DNA of 63,507 nucleotides, the filler included, from Dehalococcoidia bacterium (GTDB lineage: Bacteria > Chloroflexota > Dehalococcoidia > DSTF01 > JACRBR01): the NCBI GenBank assembly GCA_041494685.1. It is 4 parts of 4 records of this genome, joined end to end, with 100 filler letters (N's around TTAATTAATTAA, not from the genome) between each part and the next. Parts side by side here need not be neighbours in the genome. Positions count along the whole stretch, not along the records: positions 18,993 to 35,672 come from JBGQBE010000060.1; positions 35,773 to 50,259 come from JBGQBE010000062.1; 2 more parts are not named here. One strand, 5' to 3'. Both the position numbers and the translations under genes were made by a program. Position 1 is the stretch's first letter. Each line of letters begins with the position of its first letter. The notes beneath the pieces were generated by a model. The model did not search any database, was not told the DNA's origin, and was given only the letters and a program-made list of their open reading frames with translations. Below are positions 26,950-38,279 of the stretch, piece after piece.

Positions 26950-27303
26950 GGGTGTCCAGTCAGCTCGCTCTCATCTCGTCGACACACACCGCTTCGTAGC
27001 GTCCGCTGTCTGGCATCCATGCCGTATGCGACGGCTTGCCGACCCGCCGGCAAGCAGCATGTCACACGTACAGATGATCGGCGCGGGGGGTGTGAAGCCG
27101 GAGAGATTATAGCAGGGCACATGCCTGCTGCTCCGGACCGATTGCCCCTAAATTGACGGCCGAATCCCTTAGCCATTTCACCGTACCGGGGGTGCATCCA
27201 CCCAGCGCGAGCCGGGCCGGGTCGATCCGCAGATTCGCAGCGCGTACACTCGACCTGCTGGTATGTTGCGCGCCGCGGCGCGCGTGATCACGGAGTTGTA
27301 TGC

Positions 27304-28074
27304 ATGGAGACGCTGCTGGTCGAACGCGACGCGGAACTGCCGGGGCTGGTGACGATCACCCTCAACCGCCCGGAGAAGCTCAACGCGATCAACAACAAGA
27401 TGCACGACGAGCTGCAACACGTGTGCATCGAGCTGCAGACGGACTACGCCGCGCGCGTCGTCATCCTCACCGGAGCGGGACGCGCGTTCTCGTCCGGCGC
27501 CGATCTCTCGAGCCGGCGCGAGGGGCGCCCGGCGTCCGACATCGAGCGCTGGCAGCGCGCGACGCCAGGCAACCGCACGTGCGCGCTGCTGGAGTCGCTG
27601 GACCAGGTGACGATCGCCGCGCTCAACGGCCTTGCGGTCGGCGGCGGCGTGGTCTTCGCGACGTGCGCCGACGTCCGCATCGCGGCGGAGGACGCGTGGT
27701 TCTCGATCCCGGAGGTGGACATCGAGCTGCCGCTGACGTGGGGCGCGTTGCCGCGGCTGATGCGCGAGATCGGCCCGGCGCGCACGAAGGAGCTGGTGAT
27801 GTCGTGCGACCGCTTCACGGCGGCCGAGGCGATGGCGTGGGGCTGGGTGCAGCGGCTCTACCCGGACGACCAGGTCGTGCCGGAGGCGCGCAGGCTGGCG
27901 GCGAAGCTGCTGGCGAAGGATCAACTCTCGCTGGCGATGACGAAGTCGACGATGCGCGGGCTGGAGCAGCTGATGGTGCCGGCGGCCGGCACCCATGCGG
28001 AGCGCGAACAGATGCTGCTGGCGTACCAGATGCGGCGGCGCCGCGCCGACAAAGCTGCGCCCGACGGCGACTAA
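27304..28074 (+). CDS. Enoyl-CoA hydratase/isomerase family protein
   Basis: LNRPEKLNA, AFSSGADL, NGLAVGGG and PEV motifs. Confidence 0.92.
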   Translation: METLLVERDAELPGLVTITLNRPEKLNAINNKMHDELQHVCIELQTDYAARVVILTGAGRAFSSGADLSSRREGRPASDIERWQRATPGNRTCALLESLDQVTIAALNGLAVGGGVVFATCADVRIAAEDAWFSIPEVDIELPLTWGALPRLMREIGPARTKELVMSCDRFTAAEAMAWGWVQRLYPDDQVVPEARRLAAKLLAKDQLSLAMTKSTMRGLEQLMVPAAGTHAEREQMLLAYQMRRRRADKAAPDGD

Positions 28075-28149
28075 CCGCGCGCTCACAGCTAACCAGCTAA
28101 CCGCTACTAACCGCTTTCGTTCGTCGGCGGGCTGCGCTACGGTGCCCGC

Positions 28150-28974
28150 ATGCCGGAGATACCGGACCTCGAAGCCATCCGCGGGTTCCTGAACCAGCGC
28201 ATCACCGGCGTCGAGATCGCACGCGCCGAGGCGCTGATCCCGCATGTGATCCGCAGCGGCGCGGCCGACTTCGAGGCGACGCTGACGGGCAACCGCCTCG
28301 GGACGATCCTGCGGCGCGGGAAGTTTCTGCTCTGCCCGCTGGCCGACGAGTCGCTGCTGGTGATCAACCCGATGCTGACGGGCCGCTTCCAGTACGTGCT
28401 GCCGAACGCCCGCAAGCGTGCGAAGACGTGCTTCATCCTGACCTTCGAGAACGGCATGCAGCTTCGCTACGCCGACCGGATGCTGATGGGCAAGATCTAC
28501 GTCGTGCCGGCGGACCAACTGATGTCGGTGCCGATGTTCGCGGACATGGGGCCGGATGCGCTGGAGGTGAGCGAGGAGGAGTTCCGCGAGCGGATCCGCA
28601 AGCACTCCGGGCAGATCAAGAACATCCTGACGAACCACAAGTTCATCTCGGGCATCGGCAACGCGTACTCGGACGAGATCCTGTTCGAGGCGCGCATCAA
28701 CCCGTTCCGCAAGCGCACGACGATGTCGGACGAGGAGATCGGCGCGCTGTACCGCGGCCTGCACACCGTGATGGACCGCTCGATCCCGATCTTGCTGGAG
28801 CACTTCCGCGACGAACTGGACTACGACGAGTGGCGCGAGCACCTGAAGGTGCATCGGAAGGGCGGCGACGGCACGAAGAAGGACGAGGGGCGCTGTCCGC
28901 GCTGCGGCACGCACATCACCGAGATCGCGCCGAACCAACGCGTGACGAGCTACTGCCGGACGTGCCAGGCGTGA
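28150..28974 (+). CDS. Fpg/Nei family DNA glycosylase
   Basis: N-terminal PEIPD, RRGK, GIGNAYSDEILF H2TH, CPRC...CRTC zinc finger. Confidence 0.93.
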   Translation: MPEIPDLEAIRGFLNQRITGVEIARAEALIPHVIRSGAADFEATLTGNRLGTILRRGKFLLCPLADESLLVINPMLTGRFQYVLPNARKRAKTCFILTFENGMQLRYADRMLMGKIYVVPADQLMSVPMFADMGPDALEVSEEEFRERIRKHSGQIKNILTNHKFISGIGNAYSDEILFEARINPFRKRTTMSDEEIGALYRGLHTVMDRSIPILLEHFRDELDYDEWREHLKVHRKGGDGTKKDEGRCPRCGTHITEIAPNQRVTSYCRTCQA

Positions 28975-28981
28975 GACGGCG

Positions 28982-30157
28982 ATGAGCAAGCGCGCTGTCA
29001 CGAACCTCCGTCTGCTGATGCCGCAGGGCATCGAGCCCGGCACGCTGCTTGTCGAAGGCGGTCGGATCATCGAGGCGCGCGTCGAGGCCACCGCCGAGAG
29101 AGCGCCTGACGGCTACGAGACCATCGACGGGGGAGGGCGGATCGCGGCGCCCGGCTACGTGGATGTCCACGTGCATGGCGGCGGCGGCTTCGACCTGATG
29201 ACGGACGACCCGGAGCAGGTGCGCGGGTTCGCGCGCTGGGCGGTCACGCACGGCGTCACGTCGTTCCTGATCAGCACGTCGGGCCGCGACCACGCCGAGA
29301 TACTGCATCGCCTGCGGGCGCTGGCGCCCGTGATCGGCACGCCGGGGCCGGGCGAGGCGCGGGCGCTGGGCTTCCACCTGGAGGGGCCGTACATCAACCC
29401 GCAGCGCAAGGGCGCGTTCGACCCGCGCTGGCTGCGCGCGCCCAGCGTGGCCGAGTACCGGGAGCTGTTCGAGGCGTCGGGCGGCGCGATCCGGCAGATG
29501 ACGCTGGCGCCGGAGCTGCCGGGTGCGGACGAGCTGATCCGCGCCGTCGTCGATTCGGGCGCGGTGGCGGCGATGGGGCACACGGACGCGACGTACGAGC
29601 AGGCGCTGCGCGCCATCGACCTGGGCGTCTCCCACATCACGCATTGCTTCAACGCGATGCGCCCGTTCGGGCACCGCGACGCGGGCGTGCTGGGCGTGGC
29701 CTTCGACCGGCCGCTGACGTACCGCGGCCCGACGGTGGAGCTGATCGGCGACGGCGCGCACGTCGGTTACGTGGCGGCGCGCGCGCTGGTGCACGCGCGC
29801 GGCAGCGACGCGATCGTGCTGATCACGGACGGCATGCCGCTCTGCGGCACGCCCGACGGCGAGGGCACGTGGGAGGGCGTGGCGATCAAGGTCGAAGGCG
29901 GCAAGGCCGTGCGCGTCGCCGACGGCACGATCATCGGCGGCACGACGCCGCTGGACGCGATGGTGCGTAACGCGTGGCGCTACATCGGCGTGCCGAAGGA
30001 CGAAGCGCTCCGCATGGCATCGGAGCATGCGGCGCGGGCGATCAACGCCGCCGACGCGAGCGGCTGGGGCGGCCCCGCCGACTTCATCCTGCTGGACGAC
30101 GAGCTGCACGTGGCGGAGACGTGGATCGGCGGCGAGCGGGTGTGGGCGGGGGCTTAG
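28982..30157 (+). CDS. nagA: N-acetylglucosamine-6-phosphate deacetylase
   Basis: DVHVHG, HLEGPYI, TLAPE, GHT, THCFNAM and LITD motifs. Confidence 0.92.
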   Translation: MSKRAVTNLRLLMPQGIEPGTLLVEGGRIIEARVEATAERAPDGYETIDGGGRIAAPGYVDVHVHGGGGFDLMTDDPEQVRGFARWAVTHGVTSFLISTSGRDHAEILHRLRALAPVIGTPGPGEARALGFHLEGPYINPQRKGAFDPRWLRAPSVAEYRELFEASGGAIRQMTLAPELPGADELIRAVVDSGAVAAMGHTDATYEQALRAIDLGVSHITHCFNAMRPFGHRDAGVLGVAFDRPLTYRGPTVELIGDGAHVGYVAARALVHARGSDAIVLITDGMPLCGTPDGEGTWEGVAIKVEGGKAVRVADGTIIGGTTPLDAMVRNAWRYIGVPKDEALRMASEHAARAINAADASGWGGPADFILLDDELHVAETWIGGERVWAGA

Positions 30158-30228
30158 CTGTTAGTTTGTAGTTGGTAGGAGGAAGACCCCGAACTCCGTG
30201 GCGCGGGCTTTCAGCCCGCGTGCTGCTT

Positions 30229-30687
30229 CTACTCAGAGGGCGGTCCGCCCAGGTTGCCGGGGGCGTCGAGCTGCTCGTAGAGCTGGAAGAGCACGCCGCC
30301 CGACGACTTCGGGTGGATGAACATCTCCTTCCAGTCCCAGCTGACGCGCGGGCCGCCGAACGGCTCGATGCCGTGCTTGCGCATGTCGGACGCAGCGCCG
30401 TCCGCGTCGGCAACCTCGAGTGTCACGTGGTGCAGGCCGGGGCCACGCTCGCGCAGGAACTTCGCGATGAAGCTGTCGTCGCCGATCGGCTCCAGGATCT
30501 CCCACTGCATCTGGCGCTGGCCGTCGGCGCCGGGCACGTCCAGGACGACGCCGGCGAAGCCCGCCTCCTCGTTGCGGAAGCGGCCCGCTTCCTTCCAGCC
30601 GAAGATCTCGGTGAAGAACGGCAGCTGGTCGTCGATCTTCCAGACGGCCATGCTGACGTGGTCGAGTCGCTTCAGTCCAACTGACAC
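30229..30687 (-). CDS. VOC family protein, methylmalonyl-CoA epimerase-like
   Basis: LDHVSMAV, EILEP, GPGLHHV, FIHPKS.GGVL; GTG start after GGGGAGG. Confidence 0.85.
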   Translation of the reverse strand: MSVGLKRLDHVSMAVWKIDDQLPFFTEIFGWKEAGRFRNEEAGFAGVVLDVPGADGQRQMQWEILEPIGDDSFIAKFLRERGPGLHHVTLEVADADGAASDMRKHGIEPFGGPRVSWDWKEMFIHPKSSGGVLFQLYEQLDAPGNLGGPPSE

Positions 30688-30786
30688 TGGTACCTCCCCT
30701 TGCGGCCGGGTGAGGGCCGTTCGCCATGACGCCGCGCTCTCGCGAGCGCCCCGCATTGAACCAGCTTTCGGCTGCTCAAGCACGCG

Positions 30787-30818
30787 AAAGGCGGGCCTTG
30801 CGGCCCGCCCTTCTTCTT
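30787..30818 (-). terminator. Intrinsic terminator downstream of metK
   Basis: GGCGGGCC-GCAA-GGCCCGCC hairpin flanked by T/A runs. Confidence 0.65.
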
Positions 30819-30832
30819 GTGCTCCGTGCGAC

Positions 30833-32041
<1,209 letters not shown>

Positions 32042-32093
32042 TGTCCTGTCTCCCTTCCCGTTTCCCGTTCTCTCGCGTTCCCCTTCTATCTTC

Positions 32094-33461
<1,368 letters not shown>

Positions 33462-33544
33462 CTAGATGAACTCGCTTCGCGTGTGCCGGCTTCCGGCCCG
33501 ACGCTTACGATACGTCGCTGTTGTCCACCCCCACGCTCGCCTGC

Positions 33545-34450
33545 CTATCCCGGCAGCTTCACTATCTCGGTGGCCGTGGCGCGGCCGCGCAACCGCGCCA
33601 CCGTGCGGCGCAGCAGCGTCGCGGCGCCCAGCATGTCGCGCCGCATCGCCGCGCCCTCGATCAGGCGCTCCACCTCGCTGTAGCCCAGGCGCTCGTACGA
33701 GCGCACGGCGGGCGTGTTTGTCGGATCGACGCTGAGCACCACCTCGCGGCAGAACTTCAGCAGTTGTTCGGTGACGGCGCTCGTCGTCGCCTGCGCCATG
33801 TGCTGGTTGCGGTAGCGCGGGTGCGTGTACACGTTGCCGACGACGGCGATCGCGCTGGCGTTCGAGATGACATGCGTGCCGGCGACGGCGACCAGCGCAC
33901 CATCGCGCTCGACGCCGAAGTACACGGAGTCGTCGATCTGGCGCGCCGAGTAGAACGAGGGCACGCCGTCGGTGCGGTAGAGGCGGTTGATCTCGCGCAC
34001 GTCGTCGCCGCGCAGCCGCCGCACCTCGACGCCCTGCGCCGGCCGGAACGTCTCGGCCGTCGCCTGCATGCGGATCATCGTCTGACGCTGGTCGAGCAGG
34101 AAGTGGCGCTGCACGACGTCGAGGTGGCTCACCTCGCACGTGAGGAACGTGTGGCGCGGGCCGGGGTGCAGCGCGAGCAGCGCGTCGAGCGCGCCCGCCT
34201 CGCCCATCATGAAGGTGGCGTTGCCGAGGCCACCGGCGGAGTGCAGGACGAGCGCCTGGTTCTGCACGCTGGTCGACAGCCACCACTCCGTCATGCGGAA
34301 GAGGCCCGGCTCCAGCTGTCCGAGCGCGTAGGCCGCGTAGGGACGCCGGCCTTCAAGGATGCGGCGGATCTGCTCGCGCTCGCGCAGCGGTGTGACCACG
34401 AATTCCCGCGCGGAATCCAGCGCCGTGGCGCTGCGCTCGGCCCGCGTCAT
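33545..34450 (-). CDS. GNAT family acetyltransferase (FR47-like C-terminal domain)
   Basis: GNVYTHPRYRNQHMA and NTPAVRSYERLGY; ATGA overlap with mtnP. Confidence 0.88.
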   Translation of the reverse strand: MTRAERSATALDSAREFVVTPLREREQIRRILEGRRPYAAYALGQLEPGLFRMTEWWLSTSVQNQALVLHSAGGLGNATFMMGEAGALDALLALHPGPRHTFLTCEVSHLDVVQRHFLLDQRQTMIRMQATAETFRPAQGVEVRRLRGDDVREINRLYRTDGVPSFYSARQIDDSVYFGVERDGALVAVAGTHVISNASAIAVVGNVYTHPRYRNQHMAQATTSAVTEQLLKFCREVVLSVDPTNTPAVRSYERLGYSEVERLIEGAAMRRDMLGAATLLRRTVARLRGRATATEIVKLPG

Positions 34451-35328
34451 GACGCCACCTCCGCCGCGCGTTGCGCGCGCGCCAGGATCGGCGCCAGGTC
34501 GCGCGCCGTCTCGGCGGGCCAGTGCTCGCGCGGGGTGATGATCGCCGTCGCGAGCGCGCGGCCGCAGGCGCAGTCGCGCGCCGGCAGCGCGGCCGCCGCG
34601 GCGGCGACGATCTGCCGCGCCAGCGCGACGTTGCGCTGCAGGTTCGCGACGATCATCTCGACCGAGACGGCGTCGTGGCCCTCGCGCCAGGTGTCGTAGT
34701 CGGTGACGCAGGCGAGCGTCGCGTAGCACATGCCCGCTTCGCGGGCGAGCTTCGCCTCCGGCAGCGCGGTCATGCCGATGACATGCGCGCCCCACGAGCG
34801 GTACAGGTGCGACTCGGCCTTCGTGGAGAACGCGGGGCCTTCGATCACGACCATCGTGCCGCGGTGGTGCGACGTTGCGCCCGCGGCGACGGCCGCGCCG
34901 TGCAGTGCACCGCTCAGCGGCGGGCAAAAGGGGCTGTCGAAGCCGATGTGCGCGACGATGCCGCGGCCGAAGAACGTGGAAGGCCGCTCGCCGCGCGTGC
35001 GGTCGATCACCTGGTCCGGCACCACCATGTGCAGCGGCGCGATCTCCTCGCGCAGGCTGCCGACGGCGCTGACCGAGAGTACGCGCTCGACTCCGATGGA
35101 CGCCAGCGCCCAGATGTTCGCGCGCTGCGGCAGTTCACCGGGCAGGATGCGGTGGCCGACGCCGTGGCGCGGCAGGAACGCGGTCCGCACGCCCGCGAGC
35201 GTCCCGACCGTGATCGCGTCGGACGTTGCGCCGAACGGCGTGTCGATGCGCACCTCTTCCACGTCGGAGACGCCGGGCATCCGGTAGAAGCCGCTGCCGC
35301 CGATCACGGCCAGCGTCGCGGTCGTCAT
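34447..35328 (-). CDS. mtnP: S-methyl-5'-thioadenosine phosphorylase
   Basis: [29 protein letters not shown] and TDYD motifs. Confidence 0.95.
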   Translation of the reverse strand: MTTATLAVIGGSGFYRMPGVSDVEEVRIDTPFGATSDAITVGTLAGVRTAFLPRHGVGHRILPGELPQRANIWALASIGVERVLSVSAVGSLREEIAPLHMVVPDQVIDRTRGERPSTFFGRGIVAHIGFDSPFCPPLSGALHGAAVAAGATSHHRGTMVVIEGPAFSTKAESHLYRSWGAHVIGMTALPEAKLAREAGMCYATLACVTDYDTWREGHDAVSVEMIVANLQRNVALARQIVAAAAAALPARDCACGRALATAIITPREHWPAETARDLAPILARAQRAAEVAS

Positions 35329-35672
35329 CGCGCCACCGCCGGCGGCTGCGCCGCGCGCGCGATGGCGGCGGCGTACGGCGCACGCAGGATGCCGCGCTCG
35401 GTTATGATGGCGGTGACCAGCGCCGCCGGCGTCACGTCGAACGCGGGGTTGCGGGCGGCGCTGCCGTGCGGCGCGGTGCGAACGCCGGCGTGCGAGAGCA
35501 CCTCCTCCGCGCCGCGCTCCTCGATCTCGATGCGCGCGCCGTCTGGCGTGTGCGCGTCGATCGTGCTGAGCGGCGCGGCGACGTAGAACGGCACGCCGTG
35601 CGCTTGCGCGGCGAGCGCGAGGCCGTAGGTGCCGACCTTGTTCGCCACGTCGCCGTTCGCGGCGATGCGGTC
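35325..35672 (-). CDS. mtnA: Methylthioribose-1-phosphate isomerase, C-terminal part
   Basis: [24 protein letters not shown] and ITERG motifs. Confidence 0.92.
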   Translation of the reverse strand, partial: DRIAANGDVANKVGTYGLALAAQAHGVPFYVAAPLSTIDAHTPDGARIEIEERGAEEVLSHAGVRTAPHGSAARNPAFDVTPAALVTAIITERGILRAPYAAAIARAAQPPAVAR

Positions 35673-35772
35673 NNNNNNNNNNNNNNNNNNNNNNNNNNNN
35701 NNNNNNNNNNNNNNNNTTAATTAATTAANNNNNNNNNNNNNNNNNNNNNNNNNNNNNNNNNNNNNNNNNNNN
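35673..35772. other. Artificial contig linker
   Basis: N-run, TTAATTAATTAA, N-run. Confidence 0.98.
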
Positions 35773-35833
35773 AATGGTAGGACAGCGGATTCTGGATCCG
35801 TATGTGGGGGTTCGAATCCTCCATCCCCAGCCA
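35773..35833 (+). tRNA. tRNA-Gln(CTG), 5'-truncated by contig start
   Basis: Anticodon arm GCGGA-TTCTGGA-TCCGT, GTTCGAATC T-loop, CCA end. Confidence 0.9.
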
Positions 35834-35836
35834 CTT

Positions 35837-35913
35837 GGCGCATTCGTCTAGCGGCCCAGGACGCCGCCCTCTCAAGGCGGAGATCGCGGGTTCGAATCCC
35901 GCATGCGCTACCA
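35837..35913 (+). tRNA. tRNA-Glu(CTC)
   Basis: GGCGCAT/ATGCGCT acceptor stem, CCGCC-CTCTCAA-GGCGG anticodon arm, GTTCGAATC, CCA end. Confidence 0.96.
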
Positions 35914-35923
35914 GCATCTGAAT

Positions 35924-35972
35924 CTGTGAAGCCCTCTCGGCGGAAGCGAATCCTGCCAGGAGGGCTTCACAG
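35924..35972. terminator. Long hairpin between the tRNAs and a convergent gene
   Basis: CTGTGAAGCCCTC ... GAGGGCTTCACAG 13-bp perfect inverted repeat. Confidence 0.55.
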
Positions 35973-35995
35973 TCTGTGCCTGTATCCGCCGGCCA

Positions 35996-36910
35996 TCACC
36001 CCCTGCGCCCGCATGCGGCGACGTACGACGCCAGCGGCGCCACGAACGACCGTTCCAGGAAGCCGCTCACGCTCCACCGCCAGAGCAGCGCCACCGCGAG
36101 CAGCGAGCCCAGGACGCTCGACAGGTTGTTCCGCGTCGCCTCCTCCATGCCGCCGGGTTGCAGAGCCGTGTCCCCGTAGCGGTCCGTGAGGTACTCGCTC
36201 ATCTCCCAGAACCCGTGCAGCGACGTGTACGCCGCCAGTCCGAACAGCGCCGCGCCCCAGAACCCGACGCGCACCACGCCGTGCCGCTCGAGCACGAGCA
36301 CGACAGCTACGATGATGAACATCAGCGGCAGCGTGTTGAGGAAGTGCACCGTGTCGTCCCAGTGCTTCCAGTTGCCGTACCAGTGCAGGTCGTTGCCGAC
36401 GATGTCGACGGTCAGCGCGAAGCTCCAGCACAGGTCGGGAAGGATGGGATACGGCCCCTGCATCCGGCGTACGACGTAAAGCACCGGCACGATCGCCGCG
36501 AGTACGGGATACATGATCGCGCGCGCGGTCAGCGACTTCTGCTCGAACTGCGGCAGGTCCGGGAACGCCAGCATGAACGCGACGGCGCCCGCCATCGAGA
36601 CCTTCACGGCCACGTTCGCGGCGGTCTCGAACCATCGCGCGCGACCGCCCGCCGCGAACGCGCCGACGGCCAGTGCCAGCGCCACGCCGAAGGCCGCGAA
36701 CAGCGCCGTTCCCTCGATTGTGACGCCGCGTCCCTCATGGCGGAACCACATCAGGAACCCGAGCCGTGGCGCGTCCTGCTCCGACGCGATGGCGAGCCCT
36801 CCGAACGCCGCCATCATCGCCACCGTCACGACGATCGCGCGCGCGGCCGCATCGTGTTGCGCTGGAACGTGTGCGGCCGCGTCGCGGCGGGCGTGATCGC
36901 TCATCGGCAT
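35996..36910 (-). CDS. Hypothetical integral membrane protein
   Basis: Multiple TM helices; WDDTVH and WEMSEY motifs suggest a DUF2238-like metal site. Confidence 0.7.
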   Translation of the reverse strand: MPMSDHARRDAAAHVPAQHDAAARAIVVTVAMMAAFGGLAIASEQDAPRLGFLMWFRHEGRGVTIEGTALFAAFGVALALAVGAFAAGGRARWFETAANVAVKVSMAGAVAFMLAFPDLPQFEQKSLTARAIMYPVLAAIVPVLYVVRRMQGPYPILPDLCWSFALTVDIVGNDLHWYGNWKHWDDTVHFLNTLPLMFIIVAVVLVLERHGVVRVGFWGAALFGLAAYTSLHGFWEMSEYLTDRYGDTALQPGGMEEATRNNLSSVLGSLLAVALLWRWSVSGFLERSFVAPLASYVAACGRRG

Positions 36911-37061
36911 GTCTCCGCGTTCAGTCTATGCTCGCGCCGGCGCGGCACCGCCTGCCATCTGTCACCCGCCCGGGGTATGGTCGGCTCATGTCGCAGCCTC
37001 CAGCACCGCGGGAACAGGCGGCTGGCGTCAAGAGCGCTACCCATCCGCTACCACGAACAGC

Positions 37062-37095
37062 AAGAGCCCGGACGCACCGTCCGGGCTCTTTGTTT
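37062..37095. terminator. Intrinsic terminator hairpin
   Basis: AAGAGCCCGGACG-CAC-CGTCCGGGCTCTT followed by TGTTT. Confidence 0.7.
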
Positions 37096-37122
37096 CCCGC
37101 CTCTGACCGCCTCCGCAGCCCC

Positions 37123-37614
37123 CTACTTGTTCGTCTTCCACACCAGCGTCGCGCCGGAGTGCCCGGCGATTACCATCAGCGCGACCGCCACCAGCGCCAC
37201 CGGCACGGCCGCCACGTACAACGCCGTGTGCTCGTTGAACGGCAGCCGGTAGCGGTCGGTGATGCCCAGGTGCTCACGGATGCGCTCGCCGTACGCGTGG
37301 TAGACGTACAGCGCCACGCACGCCATCGCCAGCAGCCACGCCGAGACGAACGCCAGGTCGCCCTGCTGTGGATGGTCGCCCGCGCGCTTGCCCGCCGCGC
37401 GGAGCGTGTGCTGCAGCGGTTCGCCCGACTGCTTCGCCAGGAAGGCCCCGACGGCGCCGCCCAGCGACAGCAGCGCGATGGGGAAGTAGTAGACGCGGCG
37501 CCACGCCTCGTTCCAGCCGACCGCGATCAGCGCGGCCGCGGCCAGCGGCACGAGCACCACGGCCAGGTGGACCACAAGCGGGTGCGTGGGCAGTCCGAAT
37601 ACGGTGTCAGGCAT
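37123..37614 (-). CDS. DUF2231-like membrane protein
   Basis: GLPTHPLVVH...GHSGATLVW motifs. Confidence 0.8.
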   Translation of the reverse strand: MPDTVFGLPTHPLVVHLAVVLVPLAAAALIAVGWNEAWRRVYYFPIALLSLGGAVGAFLAKQSGEPLQHTLRAAGKRAGDHPQQGDLAFVSAWLLAMACVALYVYHAYGERIREHLGITDRYRLPFNEHTALYVAAVPVALVAVALMVIAGHSGATLVWKTNK

Positions 37615-37744
37615 GTGTGTTGCGCTCCTCTGTGAACGCCTTACTCTAGCGCGCCGGGCCGTTACAACTGTTGCGATTCCATGACCGCCAGCCGCCCAAA
37701 CGCATCACGATGCGTATCGGCGCGGCGACGCGACGAGAGCAGCG

Positions 37745-38239
37745 TCAGGCCCGCGAAGTCGCGGCGCGGAACGTCAGGTAGTCGAGATTGCCCGGCGAGT
37801 AGCCGTACGCCGAAATCACTACGGCGATCTCCGACCGGTGCTGTGTGCCGTGGTTCACGACTTGCCCGATCACGTCGCCAACGGCGAGCCTGGCGGTGCT
37901 GCCGTTCTCCGCCCACCACTGCTCCGTGTGCTGCCATGACTCGTCGGTGAGGGTCGCGCAGAAGTCGCGGATCGCGTCGTGCGCCGCGGAGTATGCCGTC
38001 CGCATCGATGAGACCGAGTGCCCGGCTGTCTTCCTGGCCGTGGCAAGCTCGTCCTCGCTCCGCGCTTCGTGGCGCCACTTCCCGTTCCAGTAGAGCATCG
38101 TCCCGAGCATGTGCGCGAAGGGCTCCCGCACCTCCGCGAACTGTTCGTCGGACAAGCGTTCCGCAGCGGTCAGCAGCCGATCGTCGGCCCACTCGTGGTA
38201 CGCGACCAGCAGTCTCGAATAGTCAGCCAGCGTCGTCAT
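37745..38239 (-). CDS. DinB family protein
   Basis: YHEWAD, HM and NHGTQHRSE motifs. Confidence 0.88.
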   Translation of the reverse strand: MTTLADYSRLLVAYHEWADDRLLTAAERLSDEQFAEVREPFAHMLGTMLYWNGKWRHEARSEDELATARKTAGHSVSSMRTAYSAAHDAIRDFCATLTDESWQHTEQWWAENGSTARLAVGDVIGQVVNHGTQHRSEIAVVISAYGYSPGNLDYLTFRAATSRA

Positions 38240-38279
38240 GCTCGCCTCCCGCGGATCGGGATCTCCACGTCCGCCGCCA

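Noticed and set aside
35837..36000. Integrative element at tRNA-Glu
   Set aside because: No integrase and no duplicated tRNA 3' end downstream; neighbouring genes have host-like composition.
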